A stretch of DNA of 64,000 nucleotides from Chrysomallon squamiferum (GCA_012295275.1 CM022677.1:5270001-5334000), one strand, 5' to 3'. Numbered from the stretch's first letter, positions 1 through 13,360 are shown. Notes: generated from the letters alone by a model not told the origin. Translations and numbers: made by a program.

Positions 1-18
1 ACAATTATCACTGTTGCT

Positions 19-53
<35 letters not shown>

Positions 54-824
54 AACCTCAGGAATATAAATATATGTAAAGCTAAAATTACAAAATTAAT
101 TATAAAAAGCAGAAAGAGTAAGAGCGATGTAGATCTATCTATCTATCTAGATAGATAGATAGACAGATATAATTATTTAAAAACATTTACAAAATTAAAA
201 TCAGTAACAGTTACTTTTAATGAAGCAAATGGCTACTACTGACCACAAATGGCTTTCACAGCATCTGTACCAGCTGTTCTGAACCCATCTAAGTTAATGG
301 TTGCTTCTTGAGTCAGTGACATCAACAAAGGTAATCGTCCAAACATACTAGAGTTTAGTTCTGCTTTTATTAAATTGATATACTTCAAGTTTGTAAATTT
401 CTCTGTGGACAGTTTCTTTGTGAGTCCATCAGCTTCATCAATGCCGTACACCAGACTTGCAACAGAACTTTGGTTTGATTCATCTCGATAAAAATGAAAA
501 AAAAAAAATCATTCGTCTTTCATATACATACCACAACACATACTGAAACACACATAGAAAAAGCTAGCAAGTACATTTACAGAGACACGCATACACAGAC
601 AGACAGAAACTCAGAAACAAAAACACCAACTAACCCTAAATACCAACAACAGATGACAAATACACTGAGATGCCAGACACAGACACAAATAGAATGACAA
701 AGAATGAAAGAGAAAGAAAATACAGAGAAGAAAGAGAGATTGTTAAGTAGAATGAGGTTGATAGTTATGGATAAAGAAAAAAATAGAAAACAAAAACAAC
801 ATACAGAGAGAAGGTATGTGCAGG

Positions 825-889
<65 letters not shown>

Positions 890-1140
890 ATAGAGAACGA
901 AGACAAAAAGTAAACAAGCAGTTTTTACATATTTAATAAACAATATACCTAATAAACAATTGGAGTTCAGACTTAATTCCTGAAGAAAACTTGTGTCTGG
1001 TTTGGATTCTGGAACATCTGAAGTAAAATGAAAAACTAATATCAAGAAACTTGAGAGAAAAAAAAAACAAAAGAGAAAAAATATAATAATGAGAAATTTG
1101 TCAAATCTAAATAGTTAGAAATTGAAATACACGAGAGATT

Positions 1141-1231
<91 letters not shown>

Positions 1232-1403
1232 ATGAGATATAAAAATATACAAATCTAAATTAACCATCATCAGCAAGTGTTTGGTTGTTAACTTTTGCAT
1301 CATTCAGATGAAAAGCAGTTGTCTTTGGATGATTGAAAACATCAGGCAAAAACTGAGTACACAATTTAGTGATCCCAGCTGGTAATAAAAATAAATAATA
1401 ACA

Positions 1404-1460
<57 letters not shown>

Positions 1461-1755
1461 TTACAATATGTAGAATCTACATAAGCAGAAAATAATGTTT
1501 TAACAATAGTAATAATATCAACAGCTGTAGTAGTAGTTGTAGAAACACTAGCAATAGAACTAGTAGTAACAGTGGTTCTGTTGTTTGTAGTAGTTGACAG
1601 CACTAGTAGTAGTTTTAGTGTTAGTAACAGTAGTAGTTGTAGTAGTAGTAGTAGTAACAGCAGCAGCAGAATTTGTAGTTGTGCTATTATTGGAATTAGT
1701 AATAATTTTAGTATTAATAGTACTAGTAGTAGTAATAGTGGTAATGGTTGTAATA

Positions 1756-2168
1756 CTAGACACAATTCACTGGCTTGTACAGACTATTTGACAGGATAGT
1801 ACATACCACAGCCTATAACATACTAGACACAATTCACTGGCTTGTACAATCACACTCTTTGATAGGATAGTAGATACCACAGCCTATAACATACTAGACA
1901 CAATTCACTGGCTTGTACAATCACACTCTTTGATAGGATAGTAGATACCACAGCCTATAACATACTAGACACATTTCACTGGCTTGTACAGACTCTTTAA
2001 CAGGATAGTACATACCACAGCCTCTAACATACTAGACATTTTCACTGGCTTGTACACACTCTTTGACAGGATAGTACATACCACTGCCTCTAACATACTA
2101 GACACATTTCACTGGCTTGTACAGTAACACTCTTTGACAGGATAGTACATACCACTGCCTCTAAGATA
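1756..2168. repeat. 66-71 bp minisatellite, 6 units, derived from a SINE central domain
   Basis: Unit ctagacacaattcactggcttgtacagactctttgacaggatagtacataccacagcctctaacata; shares gacaggatag-acat-cacagcct with the adjacent SINE body. Confidence 0.9.
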
Positions 2169-2350
2169 CTTGACATGGTGCACTGAATGGAATATATGTA
2201 CTCACTGACAGGATAGCACATAGCACAGCCTTTAATATAGCAGACATTATTCACTTGCTGGAAAAAAAAATAGATAGTGCTGTGTTCCACTGCCTCTGGA
2301 TCCCAAACTGACATGGTTAAGCTGAATGGACCATATATCCAGCCCCACAC
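2169..2350 (-). mobile_element. Degenerate tRNA-derived SINE (MetaSINE-like), copy 1
   Basis: gacaggatagcacatagcacagccttt..cacttgctggaaaa..ggatcccaaactgac resembles (from memory) the reverse complement of gastropod tRNA-SINE head plus conserved central domain. Confidence 0.55.
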
Positions 2351-5300
2351 ATGACAGGAATTAAAAAAAATAAAATGTTTTTGTTTCTGTAATGTTTTCA
2401 AATGACGTTACTTTTCAGAATGTAAACCTTTGTTCACATTCAATATGGAAAAATAAACAAAATCCTTTTTTTTTTTGTTGTTTTCAGTCTAAATTAATAT
2501 GTCTTTAAATAAAACTGGGATGGATCCCAAACTTTACTGCTTTGAATTATTATTTGTTAAATAAAATCTTGAAATTCAACACCTGGTTATTGGCTTTAGA
2601 TTTATATTCCATTCTAGTCCAATGTAAACAACAGAAACTTTTTTTTTTTTTCCACACATTTTTTAAGATTTACATCCCTGCTATCAATTTATATTTTTTT
2701 TTCTTTGTTCCAAAAAAATACCTGAAAAAGTGAAGTTTCAGACCCTAGCAGCAGCCATTTTCTTTTCACTATGAAATATCACATATGAAGTTGATCTAGA
2801 TTACCTCCCCTGAACTATTTCAGAGACCCTTGTTGTGAGAACTAGGTCAGATTTAGATAATAGCTATTTTCTAAGTTTAATTGAATGCTCAGTTGTGGAA
2901 TGTGAAGTGGAAATTGCTTACCAGACTGGGTCATGTAACATTTGACTCGGAGCAATTGCAGACAAAATGGCTCTTATGAAGTCATCTACACAGAAAGTCA
3001 AGCAATTTTTAAAAAAACACCTCTAGTTTATGCAAGCAAACAAAGCAACATTGCAGCAAGAATCAACACTGAATCTGACTGTTTGTCAGCCACCTTAGTC
3101 TTTGTCTACTTTGGAACCTTCGATATCAGAACCTTTTGTTTTGGGAATAAAACTCACACAATTCAGACGTGGAACATGTGACTGTGTACTTGTTGCTGAG
3201 TGTTTGAAGTTTTCAAGCAAGAATGAGAAACATGTTTTTCTTCTTGTTTTTGCATTTACTGCTTTTCAGTTTGAATGCAACATTACTTGTGTACAGTCTT
3301 AAGTATTAGAGAACATACAACTGGTTTATACAGGTTCATAGTGGTTCAAACTGGTTCATAGTGGTTCAAACTGGTTCATAGTGAAACACTCAGCAGCCAG
3401 TCAAAGTCAGTTCTCAGACAGTGAAATGTTATTTTATAGTCAGGAAGACATAGGAGATGTTCAGGAAATGTCTGTACCAAAAAAAAAAATTACTCTTTAC
3501 ATCTTCTTTTCTTATGAAAACAAGGCAGAACATTAAAAATATAGTTTTAATAGTGACAGAATTTTATTATATTAAATACCAAGATTAATTATTTACATAT
3601 TTTAAATATAATCTATTTAAAACCATATATTAACATGTATTAATAAAATACAAAAAGAAATATTAAAAATCCATATACGATCAAATGCCACAATAAATTA
3701 TTTTATTTACTGAATTTACACAACAACAAGGAAAGTAGACAAGAGAGAATAAATAAATAAGTACAGAGATAAATAAAGTACCAAACTGTATTCTGAAAAC
3801 ACTGTCTTATTTCTGTTCATAAAGTTGATATTATATTAGTTTATGTACAATTTTCTCACTTGTATGTATTATTTATCTGAATGCAATCAAGGTGTGTGTG
3901 TGTGTGTGTGCGTGTAACATCCAATTATACACACAACTACACACATTAGACTTTCAGAACCAAAAAAATAACAAGAAACCACCTCTAAAAACACAACAAC
4001 ATGGAAAACATAAAGATCACTAACTTAGATGATTCAGAAATGAAAATTGGGATTTACAAAACACAACAGGCAAGAAGGCCAACTTTGATTAAAAAAAATG
4101 AAAAACGTTGACCAGAAGCAAAAGGTAATAAATAAGAAACCAATATAACTCACTGACAAAACACTGACACAGACAAAACCCTGAACAGAAAATAATTAAT
4201 AACAAAAAAAGGAAAATTTATTTTGGGATAAACACAAAACTCTTAAAGACTTTTCTTTCCAGTGTAAACATCTGGGATCAACATTTTCTTACTAGGAATT
4301 ACCTACACTAATCCTGAAACTCTGACTCAGCAAACAGTAAAACAGTCTCTGTAAGAACAACAACCTGAAGCTAAAGGAGTGAAAAAAAAAAAAAAAAATT
4401 AAGAAAAACACCCATCTCACTTTTTAAATATATCAGTGACATAACTCAAGTCATTAGCATGCAGCTTCTGCAGTGTCCATCACCATAGAAACTCCAGCCA
4501 GTTCTGATACCTAGCAAAACATGCAAACTTTCAGAAACTATATGAAGAAAATTTTAAACACAGCCCAACAAAAATAAATAATTTCAACAAAAGAACCTCC
4601 ATTAAACAAAACATATCTCTCACATGATAAACACCTAACACAGGCCTTTCTATTCTTGTTTGTCAAATTTAATTCAAACAAATGTTTGATTAAATAATTT
4701 CTAAAAAACATAACTTAAAATAACACAATCATACAGGTTAAAAAAAAAAAAAAAAATAGCATACAGAGGAACAAACAAAACAAAAAGCAATACAGCAGTA
4801 CAAAACAATTATATAAAGTAATTAATTAACAGACTAATTGACTCACCAGCTGATAGACTGGCTGACAGAACTTCAGAACATATTTTATAAATTCCATATT
4901 TTCTTGACACAAGGAATTAAACTGGTTCTGGCTGGAGTGGGCTGTTTGGAATGTGAAGTTTCTGTTCAAACTTAAAACAATAAATGAAAGTCTGTTGCAG
5001 GAAATGAACTCAGAAGATGTTGACGAAGACAGGTTATACCAGCTTCAGAAATTACAATTTTACACTTGTCTACCAATGTGTTATAACTTTTCCTTCTGCT
5101 TCCACAATGTGGAGATGCTCAAATTGCTCTCCAAACACTCTCATTTTCTCTTCTGCTGGAAGACTGGCAGTTTGCTCTGTCTTCTCACTGTTAGCACTGC
5201 CAGCAGAGATCTGTTTTAGACAATAAAAGGAACACAAATGTTACACAGATTGATAAATGATGTCCTAAAAAGGATTAAAAATCAGTGTCGTGACATTAAA

Positions 5301-6337
5301 CTGATAAGTGAAACTAAGAAGACGGTTCACTTTTTCTTAAACATAAAAATGAAAACAAAATTTAAAATAACAAACAAAAGCATATGCAATATAAAATCAA
5401 TTAATCTAAGAATTAATACAATATCCTTAAAATTATATTTAGCTTTTAAATATGTTTCAGACCAGATTCCAGTAAATATCACTTAATCTGTTCCAAAAAT
5501 TACACATTATTCAAATGAATTCTTACCATTGCAATAGCAGTCTGTTGATACTCACTCCAAAGTGAAGATTTAGTCTCACATGCAGACAGTATTTTCAAAT
5601 TACTCCCTTTGAATCCTGCAAATGACTCAGACAAAATTAGTCATAATCTTGATGAAAATGCTGCAGAAATTGAACTATCCTTTCTCTATCTTCACATGTA
5701 AAAGTGTGTAAATTAATTTTCTTCTGCCAGATTTCTTTTCTCTCTTGGCATTACCATTCAGTCTGCAATGCTTCAGTAAGGCTGTGAGTTTGTTCTGACT
5801 AATGCCGTAAAAAAATAATAAAAGATATAAGCAGACGCCCATAACCCCCCTCACACACACAAACACATTCAAACGTACTCTATAAAAATGAAGGAGAAAT
5901 AACAAATTACCTGCTGCTTAAATAGAAAAAAAAACTAATGAAAACCCATACAAGTCTCTCTGCTTTGTTCATTGGAGTGCTTTGTAGACCTGCCATATCC
6001 TTTTCAGCTGCAAAACAAAAAAAATATAAATTCTTATAATACTGATACAGTTGTAAATTATTTGCAATAACTGTCCTAATCAGATGAAAAAAAAAAAAAA
6101 AATATATATATTAATCATTTTAATGAGTGTTGTTTATCCAGATAAAATATTACATTTTCATTTAACATTTAAAATTTTTTGATTTCCAGATTTAATCGTC
6201 TGTATACCAAATGTAAGTCTCTAACATGAATAAATAATATTACTTCAGAAGAACTTACTTTTTTCTTCTTCTTAAGAATATCTATCACGGGCATTTTCAA
6301 ATCAGACAAATGTCATACTTGTCTTTCAAGCTGATGT

Positions 6338-6392
6338 ACAAGGAAGGCGTTCAATCTTTCTTTTTAGTATTTTGTCATTATTTATTTATTTA

Positions 6393-6444
<52 letters not shown>

Positions 6445-6760
6445 TTTTTTTTTTTTTTTTTTTTATTCCGGGTAAGTAACCCTACCGAAATTGAAAAGGA
6501 AAAACAATAGCTAATACAATGTTATAGAGTTATCTCCAATGATAACTTGTTCCGTTAACCAACCGATAATTCTTGAACGTAAAGCTCTAAAAGTTCGCTA
6601 GATTTGTTGATTGGCTTCAATTTAGCCAATTAAAGGTGCAATTGAAAAGGAAAAGCAATAGCAAACACTTTGTTAGAGTGTTATCTCCTATGATAACCTG
6701 TTCCGTTAACCAACCGATAATCCTTTAACATACGGGTTGGAAACGTTCACTATAACATTA
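6338..6760. mobile_element. Non-autonomous repeat with (TTA)n, short hairpin and two ~150-bp core repeats (HINE/Helentron-like; copy at ~62105-62500)
   Basis: Direct repeats starting aattgaaaaggaaaa at ~6489 and ~6640, each containing gttatctcc and ttccgttaaccaaccgataat; stem ccggta..taccgg is clearest in copy 2. The class is inferred. Confidence 0.4.
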
Positions 6761-7224
6761 GCGTTTATAAATAGATCTTTTATGTGAAATAAATATTTTC
6801 GATAAAAAATTTTAATTTGTGGCTCCATTTCGTGTCCTGCATAAATTATAGTTAAGAAATCAGGTCACCCAAATAATATTTTAATACTGGGAAATATTTC
6901 ACAGAAGATGATTTTGCATCTCCCAAAATGTCCAAACGGAATCTTGGTCAAATTTATAGTCACCTGGCGACAACATGCCATTACTGAGTCCTGCATAATT
7001 CCGTCTCCATGTTAAGAAATCTGTTTGTAACATAAACTTCAATTTTTTCAATACTGATTAAATGCTGTTTTTTTCAGTCATGAAGATGGCTACTAATCAA
7101 TATTTTCAAGAATCTCAGAAAAAATGTCCACATCAAAAATTTAAAAAGTGATTCAAAAGCTATTGTAGTCACCACTGAGCCAAATCCACATGTTCGGAAA
7201 AAGTGTGCAGCACATCTACGGTAA

Positions 7225-7480
7225 CAGACGACACAGATAATAGATCCCACCATAATGGCCGTAACCCAGCATTAAATCCTCGTAAACCTCTCCTCGATAA
7301 TCAGAATCATTTACTTTTTGCCATTTTATTGAGACAGAGCGGGATGTGAATATGACAGCTGATGCAGAATGAGAGACATCATCACAAGATGTAAATGCTG
7401 CTCCTGTAAGACGCTCATCTAGGTCACGAGATGGTCAGCATAGTAATCCTCATAACCTACCCCTCTCTGCAGTTCTTCTG
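7225..7480 (+). mobile_element. Gypsy-type LTR retrotransposon pol C-terminal remnant
   Basis: Translates to AAPVRRSSRSRDGQHSNPHNLPLSAV, matching the recalled RRS.R..AGQHSNP..LP tail of animal Gypsy pol. Confidence 0.55.
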
Positions 7481-7719
7481 GAAAGTATGGCAACATTTTA
7501 AGTTGAGAAATGTTTAGAATAGAGAAATAATAGCCATTGGTTCCTATTCTATAATGCTTAGATTATGTAATGTTTTAAAGTATTTAGAGTGGAGTAAAAG
7601 CTAGCAAGATATATTAACATGACTGCTTCTTACTGGGAGATTTCATTAGCACTGGAAAGTGTATCATGTGATATGACAATATATGGTAACTGCTGACAGG
7701 CGTTTTGGGCCGTTCCATT

Positions 7720-8000
7720 AATCACGTACGGATAATTAGCGTATGAAAGCTTACTGAGTACATCTCACGTAAGGGACATAACTCTAATCTATGTTTGTGA
7801 ACACATATTCGCAAAAACTTCCTCCTCATCAGAATTTTTTATAATAAAAGGTGATGATACAGATAAGTTATTGTTAAGAGAAGGAGACCCGTATGGATAA
7901 TTAGATATAGCTAAAACTCTAATCATGTTTGTGGAAAAACTGATAGATAAAGGTAGACATCTGACGTAAGGCACATAACTCTAATCTATGTTTGTGAACA
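7720..8000. repeat. Degenerate tandem repeat with cgtaagggacataactctaatctatgtttgtgaaca core (larger array at 63605-64000)
   Basis: Core recurs at ~7768, ~7910, ~7964 and repeatedly at 63655-64000. Confidence 0.75.
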
Positions 8001-9270
8001 AAAAAATGATAGATAAGTTAAAAGGTAGACAAATGACAGACATATAGCTAAAGAGATTGAGGTGATAAAAAATATGATAGAGAGAAAACAAATGATTGAT
8101 AGTCTGATTCATGGGATAGACAGATGTAGTTAGACAAGAGATACGGGTACAGAGATACGGGTACAGCGAGGCATGCGATAGAGATATAGATAGAGAGTCA
8201 GAGACACGTATTAGTGATGTAGGTAAAGAGAAGAAGACAAGTCAAAGATATAGGTAGAACGACAAATGATAGCGATAAAGATTAGGCAGACTTTGATAGA
8301 GATATAAGTTGAGACATGGAGATAAATGATAATGATAAATATATAGAGAAAGGCAAGTGATAGAGATAATGGTAGAGAGATGTACAAGTACTAGACATGC
8401 TGGTAGAGAATCAGAAACAAGCAATAGCAATATATGTAAACAGAGAGAAGTGATATGGTTCAGAGACAGAAGTTATCAAGGTACAGAACGAGATAATGAT
8501 ACAGATAGAGAGATAGATTGAAACGTAGAGGGACAGATATGATAGAGGTAAAGATAGAGAGAAGCAGAGCCAAATGATAGAGAAGATAATAGGTAGGAAG
8601 GCTGAGTCATGGGACAGACATAGTTAGAGAGACAGAGACAAATAATCAAGATATAAATAAAGAGATATAGATAGAGAAAGTCAAGGGATAGAGATATAGG
8701 TGTAGACAGAGACAGAGACAAGTGATAGAGATATAGGTGGAGAGACAGAAAAAATAGAGAGAGTGATATAGACAAGTATTAGAGATTTAGCGAAAGGTAC
8801 AAGTGACAGATATAGGTGGAGAGACAAATAAGGCTGACTGGTTAGACTAACATACAGAAAGACAGAGTGAACAGGCAGACAAACATGCAGACAGCGAGAG
8901 AAAGATTAATGGACAGAATAACCGATTCGGACAGTTAGAGACACAGATTAGAGTGACAAATATGTTCAAATACTGAACAGTCTAAAGAGAGATTGAGAGA
9001 GAGAAAGCGAGATAGATAGAAACAAACACGTAGATAGCTAGATTGACTGATTATATGGACAGATAGCTGGACAAACAGACAGAAGGTTTTAATATTTGTA
9101 AGTTTAACAGCGAGACTGATGAACAGACCCACAGTGTTGACAAATTTACAAATTTACAGAAAGAGAAGAATAGATGAATAGATGAACAAACAGACAGAGT
9201 CAGAAAGACAATTAGAATGATGGATGAATACAGAGATTGAAAGACAGAAAAATAGAAATATAGATATGGA
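8001..9270. repeat. Degenerate GATA/GACA/GA purine-rich tract, partly duplicated at 17667-18330
   Basis: Low complexity; 8209-8480 aligns with 18124-18327. Confidence 0.85.
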
Positions 9271-9277
9271 AATTTAT

Positions 9278-9632
9278 GGAGTGTATCGTATATGTTGAGT
9301 GTCTGGTGTTTGTATAGTTAATGCTCTGTGTTGATAGGATGGTTGTTTGTGGAGTGTATGGAATGTGTGGACTCTATGGTGTGTCTGGAGTGTATGGAAT
9401 GTGTTGAGTGTTTGGTGTGTTGAGTGTATGGTGTGTTGAGTGTATGGTGTGTAGAGTGTATGGTGTGTGTGGAGTGTATGCTCTGTGTTGAGTGTATGGT
9501 GTGTGTGGAGTGTATCCTGTGTGTAGAGTGGATAGTGTGTATTGAGTGGATGGAGTGTGTGGACTGTATCCTCTATGTTGAGGGTATGGTGTACTTGGAG
9601 TGTATGGTGTGTGTACTGTATACTCTCTGTTG
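9278..9632. repeat. 18-bp GT-rich minisatellite (gagtgtatggtgtgtgtg)
   Basis: About 19 degenerate units; explains the ECMVCV ORF. Confidence 0.9.
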
Positions 9633-10133
9633 AGAGTGGAACGTCTCTTTTACTGAGCTTTTTATTAAAACTCTTCTAAATCAGTGGACTTTTCTCTTTA
9701 TTTACGTTTGATTTCTTTCTTTATATAGTTTGAAGTACATGTTTGTAATTTAGCTTTTAAAATGTTTTGTCGTCTGCGTTTTTGCATAGTTTTAAAGGGC
9801 AGATAATCGAAAATAAATTATTAAACAATACGATGTTTTCAAGGGCAGATAATCGAAAATAACTTATTAAACACTACGATATATAATCTTGTCACAAGAC
9901 AACTTTAATTTTTTTGAGTAATTTAGCTGAATATTTGTAATAATGAATAACAATATATTGATGATCGTTCTTTTGTTGTTTTATTTAATTGCATTCATAT
10001 TTTAATTTATTCTCATTATTGATATGTTTTGTTGCTTACTGACATACTGCTCGTACATGATTAATTACAGTTATTCTTAGTAGCAAGTAGTATTTATAAC
10101 TGAGTTTTATAAAATAGCTTACAATATAAATCA

Positions 10134-10185
<52 letters not shown>

Positions 10186-10426
10186 CGTTTTAACGTAACA
10201 AGAGCAGTAACAACAACTTATACATGTACGTATGTATTTTATTTTTAAATATTTAGTTTATTATCACTATTTGTGATATTATTATTATTATTATTATTAT
10301 CGATATTTTTTTCATTAATTAGCTTTAGGAATGATAAAACAGACTGAATCAAAAAAATTCACAAATAACATGTTTTAATTTAGTTGCAAAATGTAATAAT
10401 TTAAAATTATTTCGTTTCTTTCCCAG

Positions 10427-12296
10427 CTAGACCAGGCGGCCTTGACCTCTCTGAAATGGGAGATAATCGAGCTGAACAACAGGTTGGCACAAGTAACAGC
10501 CGAAAGAGATCATTTAGAAAAATAACTGACTAAATGTCAGGTAAGAAATGATTCTTTTTTCTTTCTTTTTAATTGTTTTTTTTTTTATCCTAGCATTAGC
10601 CCGAAATTAAATCTGCACCTGACTTTTAATGTTGTTATTCTGGTAACAGTAATAAGAAGATAGCCTGACTAGAAAATAACGTGTTTGGAAATAACTCTTG
10701 GTGATGATTTAAAGCTACTCTGGCTATCTTCCTGGAAAAGATTTAGAAAATATTTACGTTGATCTGATGACCAAATTTAAATTTAAAAGTTTTAATTATT
10801 ATATATTTACCTTCTGCCTTATTTGGTTATTTATGTATTTATTTGATTATTTATTGATTATGTTTTCTTAAGCAGACACTAAAACAAAGAATACATAGGT
10901 TCAATATATAAACATTCAAATTCATAAAAAAATGTCTTGTGATTTTGAATACTAAGAGAATTTAGTCTGTATGTTTTAAATTTAGTAATACACAGTTTTA
11001 TCCAAAAACCATTCAAAACTTCAAATATTTTAGTGATTCTAAATATTTTGTCATTTTATTATTTTGTAATTTACAAGCTTACTAATATACATATATAAAT
11101 ATATAATGTTTCTAATGTGATTTTAAATAGTATTATTATTATTTTTTTTTATAATAGCATATTGCATTCTTATTGTATAAAAGGATGTATGTACCGTTAA
11201 TAAATATTTTTCTTTTATTATTATTATTAGTTTATTTTGATTTTATATTTGCATTAATAAATAATGTTCTTATCCTGTATTTTTAATTATTATTTTATGT
11301 GTTTGTTACTGAAATCTGATTGTTTGTTGTCACTAAGACTGAGAAGATTCACAGTCAGAAAGACTTTGATGACAGAGTTGACCAGACAGCGGCACGCTAC
11401 GAGGAACGCGTCACTGAACTTCACAGCGTCATTGCAGAGCTGATGAAGAAAACAGACACCAGATTAATGTCATCAGGTCAGTAGTCTTTATTAAATAATA
11501 GTGTGAGTTTGCTGTTCTTCCCTGCTTTTAATGAATGATAAAAACAATAATATAATATATCTGGACACATAATGAAAAATAGTTTTGGATTGTCATTATA
11601 TATTGTAAAATAATACCATTTGTTTGCTGGCTTTTCACTGTTTTTAATGGACAAGAAAAGATTCCTGGAAACCTGAAATTCCAGAAATATGTGAAGACAT
11701 TTAACCATTGTTTTCTTTCATTGTATGAGTCAAGTCAGTCATTCTTCAGATGTAAAACAACACCATTAGCTTGCTGTTCTTCACTGTGTTTAATGAAAGA
11801 CTAAGAAATAATTTCTAGGAATTTGTTGAAAATACCAAATTCCAGAAAGTGTAAAAGACATTTGAACGTTTTTTTTTTTTTTTTCTTTTCATTTCTGTGT
11901 AGAGAAGAAGATGATCGGACAAAAGCGATGATGGAGGAAGTATCAACGAGAATAATGCAAATGGCTCCCAGCCTGCGAGACCTGGTAATCATTTACTTTT
12001 ATATATATATATATATATATTTTTTTTTTTTGTCTGTACAGTTTTAGCTGTTTTAGATAGATGTCCAATTGTTTTAAAAGTTTATTAATTTTAATTTTAA
12101 TTTATTATATAAATAGCAATTTATTATATAATACGTACACATAAAAACTGAGAATAATAATAAACGTTTTTTTTTTTTTGTTGTTGGTTCTTTTAGAAAT
12201 AGGTAATGAAATAAATGCAAAATTTTCCCGAGTTGTCACAGACCTGGAGTCAGCCACTGCAGAAAGAAAATGCTTTCCTCTCCACAATGTTGATTG
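10427..12296 (+). pseudogene. MCC: MCC (mutated in colorectal cancer)-like four-exon fragment
   Basis: AG/GT-bounded exons 10427-10540 (LDQAALTSLKWEIIELNNRLAQVTAERDHLEK*LTKCQ), 11338-11476 (ARYEERVTELHSVIAELMKK), 11903-11984 (REEDD) and 12197 to the gap. Matches recalled MCC sequence AALASLKGDIVELNKRL..RYEERITELHSVIAELNKK..IREEDE. In-frame TAA at 10523-10525 and a frameshift near 11458. Confidence 0.88.
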
Positions 12297-12496
12297 NNNN
12301 NNNNNNNNNNNNNNNNNNNNNNNNNNNNNNNNNNNNNNNNNNNNNNNNNNNNNNNNNNNNNNNNNNNNNNNNNNNNNNNNNNNNNNNNNNNNNNNNNNNN
12401 NNNNNNNNNNNNNNNNNNNNNNNNNNNNNNNNNNNNNNNNNNNNNNNNNNNNNNNNNNNNNNNNNNNNNNNNNNNNNNNNNNNNNNNNNNNNNNNN
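12297..12496. other. Assembly gap (200 N)
   Basis: Run of N. Confidence 1.
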
Positions 12497-13360
12497 ATGT
12501 ATTGAATTCATTTAACATGGTAATGTTATATATAGACAAGAAATAAATAAATATAATTATATATGATAATAATATGTTGTCTATAACATTTATTTAACTA
12601 GATCAAATTAATTGCTTTGGAGTTACGTTAATGAAATATGAGTTAAATTTACCTTTTTAAAAACTAATTTATCTAATCAGTATAATTCAGTTAATTCAGA
12701 AGTGATTATTTTTCTACCTTATTAATTAAGACAGGATTGCAAGAAAACAAATAAAATAAACCTTGGAAGCAGCAGAATATATCTAGACTATTTTTGATAC
12801 TTTATTATTAAGATTGGATAGCAAAACAAACCAAACAAATAAAAAGTAATTTGTATATTCTATTTATACCAACTGTTATACAACTGATATTAATTAAGAT
12901 AGAACAACAGCAAAATAAAAACAAAAAAAAGAATCCAACTGAAAAAACATGGAAGTATACAGAAAATATTTAGACTGTTTAGACTCATTTCAAGTAAAAA
13001 AAAGGGACTCTCCGAGTTCAGTAAGAACATCAGACATTTCAAGTTCTCCGTTGTAAAATGTTCTACTGTAGTAAGTAATTTTATATCAGTTTTATTAGTA
13101 ATTTTATACATACAATATCTTATTAATAACTTTATATACAATATTTTATTAATAACTTTATATGTACAATATATTAATAATAACTTTATATGAAGTATTT
13201 TATTGTCAATTCTGTTAGTAAAATAAAACATCTTGTGCCTGTGTAAGAATCTGGTTTAAAACAACATACAGAACTAAGTTCAGTAAATAAAAATGGATTG
13301 GTTTATATCTGACCCCACCATTTTTATTCAATGGAATTCTACCTGTTTTCTATCACTGCA

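Larger units (their letters stand above)
244..6007 (-). pseudogene. Unidentified multi-exon gene remnant, copy 1; probably continues left of the window
   Basis: Minus-strand exon-like blocks with splice signals: 5911-6007, 5527-5804 (acceptor AG>GG), 4847-5210, 4303-4370, 2722-3471, 1265-1378, 949-1017, 244-483. The last three (114, 69, 240 nt) are phase 1-1 and splice into an open frame GITKLCTQFLPDVF..DVPESKPD..DESNQSSVASLVYGIDEADG..KAIC. Upstream blocks contain stops. Confidence 0.6.
1..7800 (+). repeat. Segmental duplication block A (paralogue ~56820-63730)
   Basis: Continuous colinear similarity over exons, introns and repeats, roughly 90-95% by eye. Confidence 0.95.

Noticed and set aside
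2942-3302. Plus-strand ORFs conserved between duplicates (also 4953-5226)
   Set aside because: Conservation reflects recent duplication; splice signals indicate the minus strand is the ancestral sense.
12105-12546. ORFs spanning N runs (also 37559-37895)
   Set aside because: Artefacts of gap characters.
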